IMG/VR virus record: IMGVR_UViG_2778261420_000023
DNA: 14,121 nt
From: a virus
Taxonomy: Duplodnaviria > Heunggongvirae > Uroviricota > Caudoviricetes
Reading direction: 5' to 3' (one strand)
Shown here: positions 1-7,949 of the stretch, piece after piece
Layout of the letters: the number at the start of each line of letters is the position of its first letter
How positions within the stretch are numbered: the first letter of the stretch is position 1
Program-made: the position numbers and the translations under genes
The notes under the pieces: generated by a model
What the model was told of the DNA's origin: nothing
The model's input: the letters and a program-made list of their open reading frames with translations, nothing else
Database searches by the model: none

Positions 1-30
1 ACACCCACTCTATTTAAATACCGTCTTTTT

Positions 31-75
31 GTCACTGTGTGTCACTGGTTGTCACTCTCCGTCACGGTATGTCAC
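31..75. repeat. Five direct GTCAC repeats at exact 10-bp spacing (starts 31, 41, 51, 61, 71), just downstream of the last minus-strand gene
   Basis: Read directly: gtcactgtgt / gtcactggtt / gtcactctcc / gtcacggtat / gtcacc. One copy per helical turn suggests a protein-binding array. Confidence 0.6.
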
Positions 76-81
76 CACAAG

Positions 82-375
82 TTAACGTCGTAACCGCTCC
101 GGCTTCTTCCAGTGGTAAGTAATTTTTTCTTTCTCCTGGTACATCTCCACGCGGCGACGATATGACAACAACTCCAGAACTCTGGTGCGTATATTGCGTA
201 TATCCACGCCGTTAAGCTCGATACCGTCACGGCGCATCACCTCAGCCACCACACGCGCGTAATTTTCGGCTATCACGCTGTCCGGCTGCGTGGCCTCCTG
301 TTTGCCTGCTTCCTGGCTGATTCCGGTAACGCGACGGATTATTTTTAGTAGTTCGGTTTCGCTCATTCTCGTCAT
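82..375 (-). CDS. Hypothetical small protein, last gene of the packaging operon (possibly a head-tail adaptor/joining protein)
   Basis: 97-aa ORF; ATG at 375 overlaps the terL stop (ATGA), indicating translational coupling; a second in-frame ATG lies at 366. No motif recognised; the function is a guess from position. Confidence 0.45.
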   Translation of the reverse strand: MTRMSETELLKIIRRVTGISQEAGKQEATQPDSVIAENYARVVAEVMRRDGIELNGVDIRNIRTRVLELLSYRRRVEMYQEKEKITYHWKKPERLRR

Positions 376-2033
376 ACCCCATCAAACGCCGCAAGCCGCT
401 CTTTGTGGCTGTCGCTTATATCAAATGCAAATTCCTCATGTTCTGCCTGGAATGTGCCAAACGCCATCAGAGCCGCAACGCTCGGGTCTATCTTGTTGGA
501 TGATTTTTTCTTGTTCGGCTTGATATTGGCGTTCGCGTCACTCTGCATCACAACATTACTCATTGACCAGGTCAGCACCGGATCGCCACGATGCACAATC
601 ACCTTCCGGTTAACAAAAACTTCGAACGATTTCGCCGCCGGACTGAAACGAAGGTATGTTTGCGGGAACGGCTCCACCTCAAATCCTGCCCCCTGTAGCT
701 GCGTCCTCAGGTGCGTGGCGTTCCATGTATCGAAGCCCACCAGCCTGATATTGAAATTCTCTGCATCCGCCATGATGTCATCACGGATACGGTCATAATC
801 AATGCAGTCACCCGGTGTTGTGCGTATCCAGCCCGCCTTTACCCACTGGCGATAGATGGCGCGGTTTTTATTGGCGGGGTTCTGTAGCTGAAATTCCGGC
901 AGATAGTGACGGGAAACCAGCATAATCTTTTTACCGACCGGAAAGGCATAGCACACGCTGGAAATATCGCTGGTTGATGATAAGTCCAGCCCCGCGTAGC
1001 ACTCCTGACCGTATAAATCCGCCTCCGCGAACGTTCCGGCGCACTCCGCCCATGCACCGTTACCCATCCACGGCGTAGCCCCCTGACACCAGATATTGAA
1101 TCGCTTGGTGAGCATTTCCACCCACTGCGACGGAATACCCCGCGCTTTCTGGATGGTTGAGGCCAGTTTTTCACGATCGACGGAAACATCGATATTGGGA
1201 TTCGCCTTTATCCACATCGCCGGATCGTCAACCTCGCTTTCATCATCCAGCTCGTAAATCAGCACGAACATGGATTCGTTCACCTCTTCACCATCCAGTA
1301 TCTGGCAGCAATAGTCATAGTGTTGTTTACAGGCTGAAACAACGTTGCTCCCCGATGTGGTGATGGCAAATAACAGCCCCTCCGGACGCGCCCCCATTCC
1401 CAGTTCAAGCGCGGAATAAACCCCGTTGTCAGGGTGCAGGTGATATTCATCCACAATGGCAAGACTCGGGTTTGTACCTTCAATGGTTGCCGCTTTTGCT
1501 GCCAGTGGCTTTAACAGGCTGTTGGTTTTCGGGTGTATCACCTTGTGTGCCTGAATATTTACCCGCTTTCGTAACGGTCGGGATAAAAGGCACATCTGAC
1601 GCGCATCATCAAACACGATCCGCGCCTGATCACGACTCACGGCGGCGGTGTAAATATCCTGCTGCCCGTTTTCCATAACCAGAAACCAGTTAGCCAGGAT
1701 AGCGGCGACCGTGGATTTGGCATTTTTTCGCGGCACTTCAATGAATGCGCTGGTGTATTTGCGCCGTCCGGTGGCCTTAACCTTAAAGCCCAGGATGCAC
1801 GCAAAGGTGAACTGCTGCCACGGCTCCAGCTCAATGGGGCTACCGCGCATTGCGCCTTTTACGTGCGGACACACCCTGGAAAAGGCAATAAACCGCTCCA
1901 CGACCTCCGGATCGAACGTGTAAAGGGGGTTTTCAAGGTCAGAAAAATACCGTTTAACGGCCTGTTTCAGTCGTTTACAGGCCGTAATTTTGCCGTTTTT
2001 TACGCCTTCTGCGTACTCATGCCAAGCGGTCAA
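372..2033 (-). CDS. terL: Terminase large subunit (TerL)
   Basis: 553-aa ORF with a Terminase_1-like N-terminus (LEPWQQF...) and a P-loop-like VPRKNAKST motif. The start at 2033 is TTG (the track's M), overlapping the terS 3' end by 17 nt; start codon choice is uncertain. Confidence 0.88.
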   Translation of the reverse strand: MTAWHEYAEGVKNGKITACKRLKQAVKRYFSDLENPLYTFDPEVVERFIAFSRVCPHVKGAMRGSPIELEPWQQFTFACILGFKVKATGRRKYTSAFIEVPRKNAKSTVAAILANWFLVMENGQQDIYTAAVSRDQARIVFDDARQMCLLSRPLRKRVNIQAHKVIHPKTNSLLKPLAAKAATIEGTNPSLAIVDEYHLHPDNGVYSALELGMGARPEGLLFAITTSGSNVVSACKQHYDYCCQILDGEEVNESMFVLIYELDDESEVDDPAMWIKANPNIDVSVDREKLASTIQKARGIPSQWVEMLTKRFNIWCQGATPWMGNGAWAECAGTFAEADLYGQECYAGLDLSSTSDISSVCYAFPVGKKIMLVSRHYLPEFQLQNPANKNRAIYRQWVKAGWIRTTPGDCIDYDRIRDDIMADAENFNIRLVGFDTWNATHLRTQLQGAGFEVEPFPQTYLRFSPAAKSFEVFVNRKVIVHRGDPVLTWSMSNVVMQSDANANIKPNKKKSSNKIDPSVAALMAFGTFQAEHEEFAFDISDSHKERLAAFDGV

Positions 2034-2373
2034 GCTCGTCCTCTTCCTCTGTTTCCGGTGGATTTCTGCGGCGACTTACCGGGTCAAAACCCAGCAAAGA
2101 AGCCATTTTGATCATTATTCTTTCAGCGTCAGCCTTTGCGCTCAGGGCGGGGTTTCTGCTCTCGCTGCCCTGACTGTTAACAATGCTGAACCCGCGCGTG
2201 GCAAGGTCTTCGACGGCTTTGCGGTATATGGAGTAGTTAACGCAATACAGCTCCAGATTGCTCCAGTCGGCGGGGGTAAGGTCTTCCCGTCCGGAAAGCT
2301 GGCGCGATTTTTCCTTCCACTGCCTGACCGCGATTTCATCCAGGTAAGCGGGGGCTTTTGGTGGTCTTGCCAT
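2017..2373 (-). CDS. terS: Terminase small subunit, P27 family
   Basis: MARPPKAPAYLD...LTPADWSNLELYCVNYSIY...NPALSAKADAERIMIKMASLLGFDPVSRRR matches the P27-family TerS pattern. I place the start at the internal ATG 2373 (M48 of the track ORF 2017..2514); the upstream extension is probably not translated. Confidence 0.78.
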   Translation of the reverse strand: MARPPKAPAYLDEIAVRQWKEKSRQLSGREDLTPADWSNLELYCVNYSIYRKAVEDLATRGFSIVNSQGSESRNPALSAKADAERIMIKMASLLGFDPVSRRRNPPETEEEDELDRLA

Positions 2374-2661
2374 GTTCTTTTTTCGCCCAATTATTTTCAA
2401 AAAAATTCCCGTGCACAAAAATTTGAGGAGGCGGTCGGTGTCCGGCAGGGACGGTTTCGTCCTGAAAACCACCCCCACCCCCTCTGACGGCCTCACCAGC
2501 GATTGCGAAAACATTCCATGACCTCGCGGTCACGGTCGGTTAATTGCTTCGCTGTGGTGCGTTCTGTGCGCCCTGTCCTGTTGGCTTTGTGCCCTGTCTC
2601 CTGTGTCTTCCATAAGTCACGCTGCCTTATCAGTCCACGTATCAGCCTGGTTTGCTCCTGT
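2374..2661. other. Candidate cos / terminase recognition region between HNH and terS
   Basis: 288-bp non-coding gap where HK97-like cos phages carry cos. Contains a C-rich tract (ccacccccaccccctc, ~2470-2486), a 5-bp-stem hairpin (ggacg gttt cgtcc, ~2449-2462) and an imperfect direct repeat TGTGC(G)CCCTGTC(TC)CTG at 2565-2580 and 2588-2603. Confidence 0.35.
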
Positions 2662-3102
2662 TCAGTCATCATCGCCATACATCCAGTCGTTACGGTGTGC
2701 TGCCCGTTCTTCCTGCTCGCGATACATGCCCGCCTTACGGTTCGCTTTCGTGGCTGGATCTTCCCGTGTCGTCTTACGGTTGTGGCACGTCTGGCACAAT
2801 GCCTGGTGGTTCCACTCAGGCCAGAAGAGAACATCACCGCCGCCATTGATGGGGATGATGTGATCCACCACAAGAGCTGGCGTATAAATCCCCTTAGCCA
2901 GACAACGCACGCATAACGGGTTTTTGCTCAGGTACAGGGCGCGGTATTTGTCCCACTGTCGGGAATACCCGCGCGCGCGGCGGTGTCCCCGTCTGGCATC
3001 CTCTGCACGCCATACAGCCCGTCTGTGCTCTTCACACTTGCCGGACTTCACGCGCTTATTACAGCCCGGCTCAGTGCATCGCCTTAATGGTTGCCACGGC
3101 AT
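2662..3102 (-). CDS. HNH homing-type endonuclease (phage packaging-associated HNH)
   Basis: 146 aa with Cys pairs (CTEPGC, CEEH) and the HNH core VVDHIIPINGGG...NHQALCQTCHNRKT. ATG at 3102 overlaps the connector stop (ATGA); GGGGG-type SD upstream. Confidence 0.88.
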   Translation of the reverse strand: MPWQPLRRCTEPGCNKRVKSGKCEEHRRAVWRAEDARRGHRRARGYSRQWDKYRALYLSKNPLCVRCLAKGIYTPALVVDHIIPINGGGDVLFWPEWNHQALCQTCHNRKTTREDPATKANRKAGMYREQEERAAHRNDWMYGDDD

Positions 3103-3404
3103 CAGTACACCCCCACATCACGATAAACCGACCAGAGCGCAGAAATAGCCATAGGCAGTTCAGACTGCTTCACTGGTGAAACTGCTTCCCTGTTCTCGTA
3201 CAGGAAAGCGATGTACATCAGGCAACCAACACGCATTGCCGGGGTAAATTCCAGCCCGTCTTCAAAACGTTTCCCGATATGCTTCTGGCAGGCTTCCAGC
3301 GCCGCATCGGTATACATTTTCAGAAGTTCGCCTTCACCGGATAAATCATCATCAAGTCGAAGATGTGCCCTGACTTCATCAGGTGTAATTCTGGCTTCAC
3401 TCAT
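3102..3404 (-). CDS. Head-tail connector protein (gp6-like)
   Basis: MSEARITPDEVRAHLRLDDD...ELLKMYTDAALEACQKHIGKRF matches the gp6-like connector pattern. Start set at ATG 3404 (M22 of the track ORF), preceded by AGGGAGAAAAG SD; overlaps the portal stop by 8 nt. Confidence 0.7.
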   Translation of the reverse strand: MSEARITPDEVRAHLRLDDDLSGEGELLKMYTDAALEACQKHIGKRFEDGLEFTPAMRVGCLMYIAFLYENREAVSPVKQSELPMAISALWSVYRDVGVY

Positions 3405-4611
3405 CTTTTCTCCCTTTAATTTCCACAGTCTGTTTCCATGCCTGGCTGAACTCATCACCACCTTCACGCGGCGGCATACCCTCGCGTTCGCGAGCTTCGT
3501 TCGGATTCATGATCCCGCTCTTAATCCCTTTCTCATACGTGGCATAACGTTCGGTGGGTGTGGCGCGCAGTAAATCGGCTGAATCAAACTCAACCAGATA
3601 ACGGGTACCAGGTACGGGAGAAGTCACCAGCAAAGCGGCCTTGATTTGCTGTTCGAAGTTCGCCAGCCACGGGCGCATTGTCATGGTCAGAAATGCGCGG
3701 CTCGCCTCACTGAAATTGCTGTAGGTGCTGTTGCTGTATTCCTGAAGAAAAATCGGCGACACGTTGAACATCCTGGCGATGTCTTCAATGGAGAAGCGAC
3801 GGGAGGCCAGCCATTCCGCATCCTGGTTACTCATCCCCAGCTGCCTGTAATCCATGCCCCCTTCAAGGATTGGCGTTTTTCCGGCATTTTTCGCCCCCTT
3901 GTAGCGTTCCAGTGCGTCTAATGCCTGTTTACCTTTCACGCCGTCCAGCCATTCACCTGACGTGATAATCCCTGCCGCCATCATGCCATCTTTCATAATG
4001 CTGGCTCCGTGACGCTGTTGAGCAAGGCCAAGCCCCAGCGCCTCACGGCAAATCGTGACGGGGGAACGCCCCAGAAAGCCATCATCCGAGGCATAGCGGA
4101 GATGCAGAACTTCTTCCTGTAAATACGTGCGCACCGTTCCTGTACAGGGTTCGGTGATGGTATAGCGGTATTTGTGTGTGCCTGTGCGTTCCGGTACAAC
4201 ACACCCCGGCGCATAAGGATGAAGTGATTTTGGCTGCCCGTCCCGCCCCCACTCAATAACCGCATAGGCGTTACCGTTCAGCAGGCAGTGACGCATCATT
4301 GTGCGTTTAAACTGGTAAGGTGTCAGGCACGAATTAGGCTGCTCATTCAGCAGAATATCTACCGGGTGACTGTCCAGCCATTCCCGCGCCTCTCTGCCCT
4401 TATCATTGCGTACCAGATACAGGTAACACGGCATCGTGGCCACCGCCTCAGCGATGACAGAAACCGCGTTCATCACAGCAGGCAATGATTCAGCCGTCCC
4501 GGCAGAAACATATTCTCCGGATCCGGTATTTGGTACACCAGACAACGCCAGAAAATCATCAATGGACAGGTTACGCAGATCGCTTTTTTTACGACTAAAA
4601 GGCCACCACAT
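3397..4611 (-). CDS. Portal protein (HK97-family)
   Basis: About 400 aa, positioned between protease and connector; sequence resembles HK97-type portals by recall. Start set at ATG 4611 (M31, MWWPFSRKK...), immediately after the protease stop at 4613. Confidence 0.85.
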   Translation of the reverse strand: MWWPFSRKKSDLRNLSIDDFLALSGVPNTGSGEYVSAGTAESLPAVMNAVSVIAEAVATMPCYLYLVRNDKGREAREWLDSHPVDILLNEQPNSCLTPYQFKRTMMRHCLLNGNAYAVIEWGRDGQPKSLHPYAPGCVVPERTGTHKYRYTITEPCTGTVRTYLQEEVLHLRYASDDGFLGRSPVTICREALGLGLAQQRHGASIMKDGMMAAGIITSGEWLDGVKGKQALDALERYKGAKNAGKTPILEGGMDYRQLGMSNQDAEWLASRRFSIEDIARMFNVSPIFLQEYSNSTYSNFSEASRAFLTMTMRPWLANFEQQIKAALLVTSPVPGTRYLVEFDSADLLRATPTERYATYEKGIKSGIMNPNEAREREGMPPREGGDEFSQAWKQTVEIKGRKDE

Positions 4612-4612
4612 A

Positions 4613-5173
4613 TCACAACCCCGCCAGTTCAGCCCAGCGATGACGATTATTTCCTGCCGGGCGTAATTCAGGGTACTGTGCAAACAACGAACGGTGGGCA
4701 ATCTCCACGCCGGATTCGGGATAAGCAGGCATCGATGTTATCGTGATTTCACGGAGTTCTGCGGCGGTTACAGTACGCAGATACGGTTTTTGCGCGATAT
4801 TCCACTCCTCGCATAATGCGCGAAAGCCAAAGCTCATTCCTGTAATATCGCCACGTTCCACCAGCGTAAGCACATCTTTTCCAAGCTGGGTATTTGGCGG
4901 TGTCAGTTCAAAACGTAGCCCGGTGTTATCCTCAGTCAGTACCAGTGAGCCGGATTTGGTACGCCCCAGCAGTTGGGTATAGTCATGCTCATACAGACAG
5001 CGCACATCATTACCTGCCGCCAGATAGTCAGCAAAAGCCCCCGGCGTGAACTGTTCGCGAAACTCGTCCCAGATAATTTCTGAAAGGCTGTTCCAGCGAA
5101 CGGCATAACCCACCAGTTTTTTATCGCTGGCGGTCAGTTCAGATGTACGGATTTCAAAATCGGTGTTTTTCAT
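4613..5173 (-). CDS. Prohead maturation protease (HK97 family)
   Basis: MKNTDFEIRTSELTASDKKLVGYAVRWNSLSEII... resembles HK97 prohead protease. Start set at ATG 5173 (M76 of the track ORF) with GGAG SD 8 nt upstream; the longer track ORF overlaps the capsid gene and is likely read-through frame only. Confidence 0.8.
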   Translation of the reverse strand: MKNTDFEIRTSELTASDKKLVGYAVRWNSLSEIIWDEFREQFTPGAFADYLAAGNDVRCLYEHDYTQLLGRTKSGSLVLTEDNTGLRFELTPPNTQLGKDVLTLVERGDITGMSFGFRALCEEWNIAQKPYLRTVTAAELREITITSMPAYPESGVEIAHRSLFAQYPELRPAGNNRHRWAELAGL

Positions 5174-5193
5174 CGGTGTACTCCATAAAGCTG

Positions 5194-5214
5194 AAAAAGG
5201 AGGCCGAAGCCCCC
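5194..5214 (-). terminator. Hairpin with UUCG loop and short U-tract between capsid and protease genes (candidate partial terminator/attenuator)
   Basis: Minus-strand RNA: GGGGGC-UUCG-GCCUCC (one G.U pair) followed by UUUUU; sits in the 49-bp gap between capsid stop (5223) and protease start (5173). Confidence 0.4.
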
Positions 5215-5222
5215 TTTGCTCA

Positions 5223-6368
5223 TTACTTGCCAGCCTGAATTTCCAGAATCTTGATGGCGTTCGAATCCACCACACCACCGCCCAGATATTTCTGGGTATA
5301 GATGTTAATGAATCCAGGCTCGCTGAAATCCGGACGGGTACGCGTACCGGTTTTATGGTCAACGATGAAATAACCGCGCTTAAAGTCACCGACTGCAATC
5401 ACACCGTCTGGCATAAATTCCAGATATTCAACCGGAAGCCCCAGCAGAGAATCAGGATCACCAGCCTGTAAACGATCGCGCCAGATGTAATCACCAGTGG
5501 CATTTTTCAGTTTTTGTGCGGAGGCGGCTGTATTTGAGTTCATCACCCATACAGCTTTTTTGCGGTACTTATTGCGCAGCGTAAATTTCAGGTCAATCAG
5601 CATATCGGCGCTGAGACTGCCAGTCACTTTTTTCGTCTGGAGCGTACCGAAAGGACGGGTTTTGTCATTATCCGTAGCGCGCGGGAAAGTCAGGAAACCT
5701 TTGGCTTTTTTCTCGCCATCACCGGAAACCAGATCCGTTTCTTCGGTATCAACGAAAGTGTCGCCAATTTCAGAAGATAACCAGCCCATAATATCGACTT
5801 CGGAAAAATCGATAATTTCCTGAGTGGTTTTCGGGTAAGCGTAGATCGGATACAGGCGGATACTGACTTCATTCAGTTTTGGGGTTGCCGTCTGGTTACG
5901 TGCCGCACCTTCTTCGCCGTGTCCCACGACCGCACCCCCGGCAGAAACCAGTTGCTTAAATTCATTACTGTGAATGGTTTTAACAGTACAGATTTTACGC
6001 ATCACCGACTCATCAGAAAGCTGACGCATAATTTCTCTGTTCAGTTCCGGGATAACCGTATAACCACCATCTGCCGGAACACTGCCGGACAGGTTGCGGG
6101 TTTCCCCGGTCAGAATGTAAGAGCGTAGCTCATTTTTGGTGATTTTATCTTCGACGGGAACACCAGGCTGGTTACGTTCTTCATCAGCCACAGACTCGAG
6201 GCGGGAAATTTCTGTGTCGAGGGAATCGGCTTTTGCACGCAGTTCATCAAACTGTTTGCCTTCGTCATCGGTTAGACTGCGGTTTTCACTGTCGGCTTTT
6301 TCCAGCAGGGATCGCATCTGGTTTTTCAGGGCGGTTTTTTGCTGGCGGAGTTCGATTAATTTCTTCAT
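5223..6368 (-). CDS. Major capsid protein (HK97 fold) with N-terminal delta/scaffold-like domain
   Basis: 381 aa; coiled-coil-like N-terminus (ELRQQKTALKNQMRSLLEKAD...ELRAKADSLDTEISRLESV) followed by a body typical of HK97-family capsids. ATG at 6368. Confidence 0.88.
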   Translation of the reverse strand: MKKLIELRQQKTALKNQMRSLLEKADSENRSLTDDEGKQFDELRAKADSLDTEISRLESVADEERNQPGVPVEDKITKNELRSYILTGETRNLSGSVPADGGYTVIPELNREIMRQLSDESVMRKICTVKTIHSNEFKQLVSAGGAVVGHGEEGAARNQTATPKLNEVSIRLYPIYAYPKTTQEIIDFSEVDIMGWLSSEIGDTFVDTEETDLVSGDGEKKAKGFLTFPRATDNDKTRPFGTLQTKKVTGSLSADMLIDLKFTLRNKYRKKAVWVMNSNTAASAQKLKNATGDYIWRDRLQAGDPDSLLGLPVEYLEFMPDGVIAVGDFKRGYFIVDHKTGTRTRPDFSEPGFINIYTQKYLGGGVVDSNAIKILEIQAGK

Positions 6369-6562
6369 GAAGGTTTTCTCGCATTGGTTAAGATTCAGGA
6401 CGTGAAACCAACACGGGGGGAGCGCCGCCCGACACTCTCGGCATCTCGCAGATCAACCCGGCATCGCGCAGGGGGTCAGGCGGCATTGTGGCGGCTCACG
6501 TCTGAGTGCCACACGCCAACATATACATAAAAATCAGTATGTAAACATCAACCAGAATCACC

Positions 6563-6589
6563 GAACAACCTGGAACAACCACGAACAAA
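6563..6589. promoter_or_regulatory. Three GAACAAC repeats at 10-bp spacing (TTGTTC on the coding strand) upstream of the capsid operon
   Basis: gaacaac at 6563-6569 and 6573-6579, gaacaaa at 6583-6589. On the minus strand they lie between the upstream terminator and the capsid start, beside a weak promoter-like stretch; candidate activator sites. Confidence 0.5.
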
Positions 6590-6603
6590 TAATTTACAAA
6601 ACC

Positions 6604-6630
6604 TGAAAAAAGACCCGGAAAAAATCCGGG
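6604..6630 (-). terminator. Rho-independent terminator separating the replication/regulation module from the capsid operon
   Basis: Minus-strand RNA: CCCGGA-UUUUU-UCCGGG hairpin (6614-6630) followed by UCUUUUUU (6604-6611); 12 nt downstream of the stop of gene 6642..6890. Confidence 0.6.
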
Positions 6631-6641
6631 CCTTTATCGCT

Positions 6642-6890
6642 TTATTGTTTCACTGGCTCCCGCATTCTGCGTCTTATTTTCCACAAATATTCGATCATCG
6701 CTTCCACCTGCTCACGGTTGGTTGCGAAAATTTCCCCGGTCAGTGAGCTACGCAGAAAATCATGATGATCCACAAAAAATAACGCATCGGAAGAAAGCAA
6801 CCGACGATATTTTTTTGCTGTCGTGGTTTCCAGATCATCAAAACCATGAAGCTTTTTATGTTGCTGAACTTCTTCAAATGTCACTGGCAT
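6642..6890 (-). CDS. Hypothetical protein
   Basis: 82-aa ORF; ATG at 6890 preceded by AAGGGGGA SD; overlaps the 3' end of the ProQ/FinO-like gene by 10 nt. Confidence 0.5.
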   Translation of the reverse strand: MPVTFEEVQQHKKLHGFDDLETTTAKKYRRLLSSDALFFVDHHDFLRSSLTGEIFATNREQVEAMIEYLWKIRRRMREPVKQ

Positions 6891-7423
6891 GTATCCCCCT
6901 TTGCTGCCCGGCGCTGGCGCTTGTGCTTCTCATTCAGCACCATCAGCCGTGTTTCTGCCTCCTGCTGTTCCTGTGGTGTCACTTCCCCACATGGCTGGCC
7001 TTTCAGGTCGTAACGTGCGCCACCAGCTATCAGGGCGCGGTAATAGCGCGGAGACTGCGCATAGGATGCCAGCGTCGCACGTAATACCCCCGACCCGAAT
7101 GCCAGCCCCCTGACGGCGATATCCTGCATCAGGTCGTCGAATATCCCCACCTTAAGCGGCTTCGGTGCTTTATGGCTGAATAAGTCAGGCCACATCTCAG
7201 TGAGGCGGTTAACGCGTCGGCGGTTTTTGCGCTGCCTTTTGGTCATATGCTGCCACGGTGTCGCCCCTGCGGTCTTCTGTTTGCGGCTCTGCTGTGCGTT
7301 CTGATTATCGGGTATCACTTTATGCGCCGATGTGGTTTTATCCTGCTCTTGCGCCGCCTGCGTCGTTTTCTGCGGCGTGCCGTAAATGCCTTTCGGCTTC
7401 CGGTTAATGGTCAGCGTTGTCAT
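6881..7423 (-). CDS. ProQ/FinO-domain RNA-binding protein (RNA chaperone-like)
   Basis: PKPLKVGIFDDLMQDIA...LRATLASYAQSPRYYRALIAGGARYDLKGQPCGEV aligns by eye with the E. coli ProQ N-terminal FinO domain (PLKIGIFQDL...LRSALRLYTSSWRYL...RVDLDGNPCGEL). Basic N- and C-terminal extensions. ATG at 7423 with GGGGGAAGG SD. Confidence 0.75.
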   Translation of the reverse strand: MTTLTINRKPKGIYGTPQKTTQAAQEQDKTTSAHKVIPDNQNAQQSRKQKTAGATPWQHMTKRQRKNRRRVNRLTEMWPDLFSHKAPKPLKVGIFDDLMQDIAVRGLAFGSGVLRATLASYAQSPRYYRALIAGGARYDLKGQPCGEVTPQEQQEAETRLMVLNEKHKRQRRAAKGDTCQ

Positions 7424-7459
7424 GCCTTCCCCCGTAATTACTCTGTTCGCTGTTGTGAA

Positions 7460-7885
7460 TTAAAACGGTATGTTATCCCCGTACGGGTCATCGTGCTGGC
7501 TTGTCTGTTGTTTTGCCCTGTTCAGTGCGTCAGTGGCCTGGCCCTGTTGACCTTTTTTGCCGCCCGGTCGCGCCGTTCGCGCACTGATTACGCTGTCTGC
7601 AATAACCTGCCAGCCCTGCCGCGTTTCCCCGTTCTGGCCTGTCCACTGGCTCACCTGCATGTTACCCGCCACGCTCACCAGTTCGCCTTTGTGGTGTTTT
7701 GCCAGTGCGTCGGCCTGTCTGCCAAACGCCAGGACAGATAACCACATCGTCGCCGTTCCGTCATCTGCCTGGCTGCACGGCAGGGGAACCGCCATACTCG
7801 CCATCGCCATTTGTGTCCCTTTGCTGGTGGTCTTTAACTGCGGGTCAGCCACCAGCCGCCCGTAAGCCGCTATCTGTGCTGTCAT
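7460..7885 (-). CDS. Single-stranded DNA-binding protein-like (divergent SSB)
   Basis: OB-fold-like pattern (IAAYGRLVADPQLK...WLSVLAFGRQADALAKHHKGELVSVAGNMQVSQWTGQNGETRQGWQVIAD) parallels E. coli SSB, with a Gly/Gln-rich linker and acidic C-terminal DNIPF tail (compare DDDIPF). ATG at 7885 with GGAGAA SD. Confidence 0.65.
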   Translation of the reverse strand: MTAQIAAYGRLVADPQLKTTSKGTQMAMASMAVPLPCSQADDGTATMWLSVLAFGRQADALAKHHKGELVSVAGNMQVSQWTGQNGETRQGWQVIADSVISARTARPGGKKGQQGQATDALNRAKQQTSQHDDPYGDNIPF

Positions 7886-7949
7886 GCTGTCTGTTCTCCG
7901 GTTTTAACGTTGATTGTTACGCTTGTTTACACCCTTACGGTGAAATTCT

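Noticed and set aside
1-81. Tail, lysis or holin genes continuing the structural module
   Set aside because: Only 81 bp remain to the left of the last gene and they contain a repeat array, not coding sequence; tail genes further upstream cannot be excluded from this window alone.
2374-2514. N-terminal extension of the terS ORF (track ORF 2017..2514)
   Set aside because: The P27-family similarity begins at the internal ATG 2373 (MARPP...); the upstream 47 codons look like open frame across the intergenic/cos region.
4612-4701. N-terminal 30 codons of the portal track ORF (3397..4701)
   Set aside because: This segment overlaps the protease 3' end; the start was moved to ATG 4611 right after the protease stop.
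5174-5398. N-terminal 75 codons of the protease track ORF (4613..5398)
   Set aside because: This segment overlaps the capsid gene 3' end and the hairpin; the SD-supported ATG at 5173 begins the protease-like sequence.
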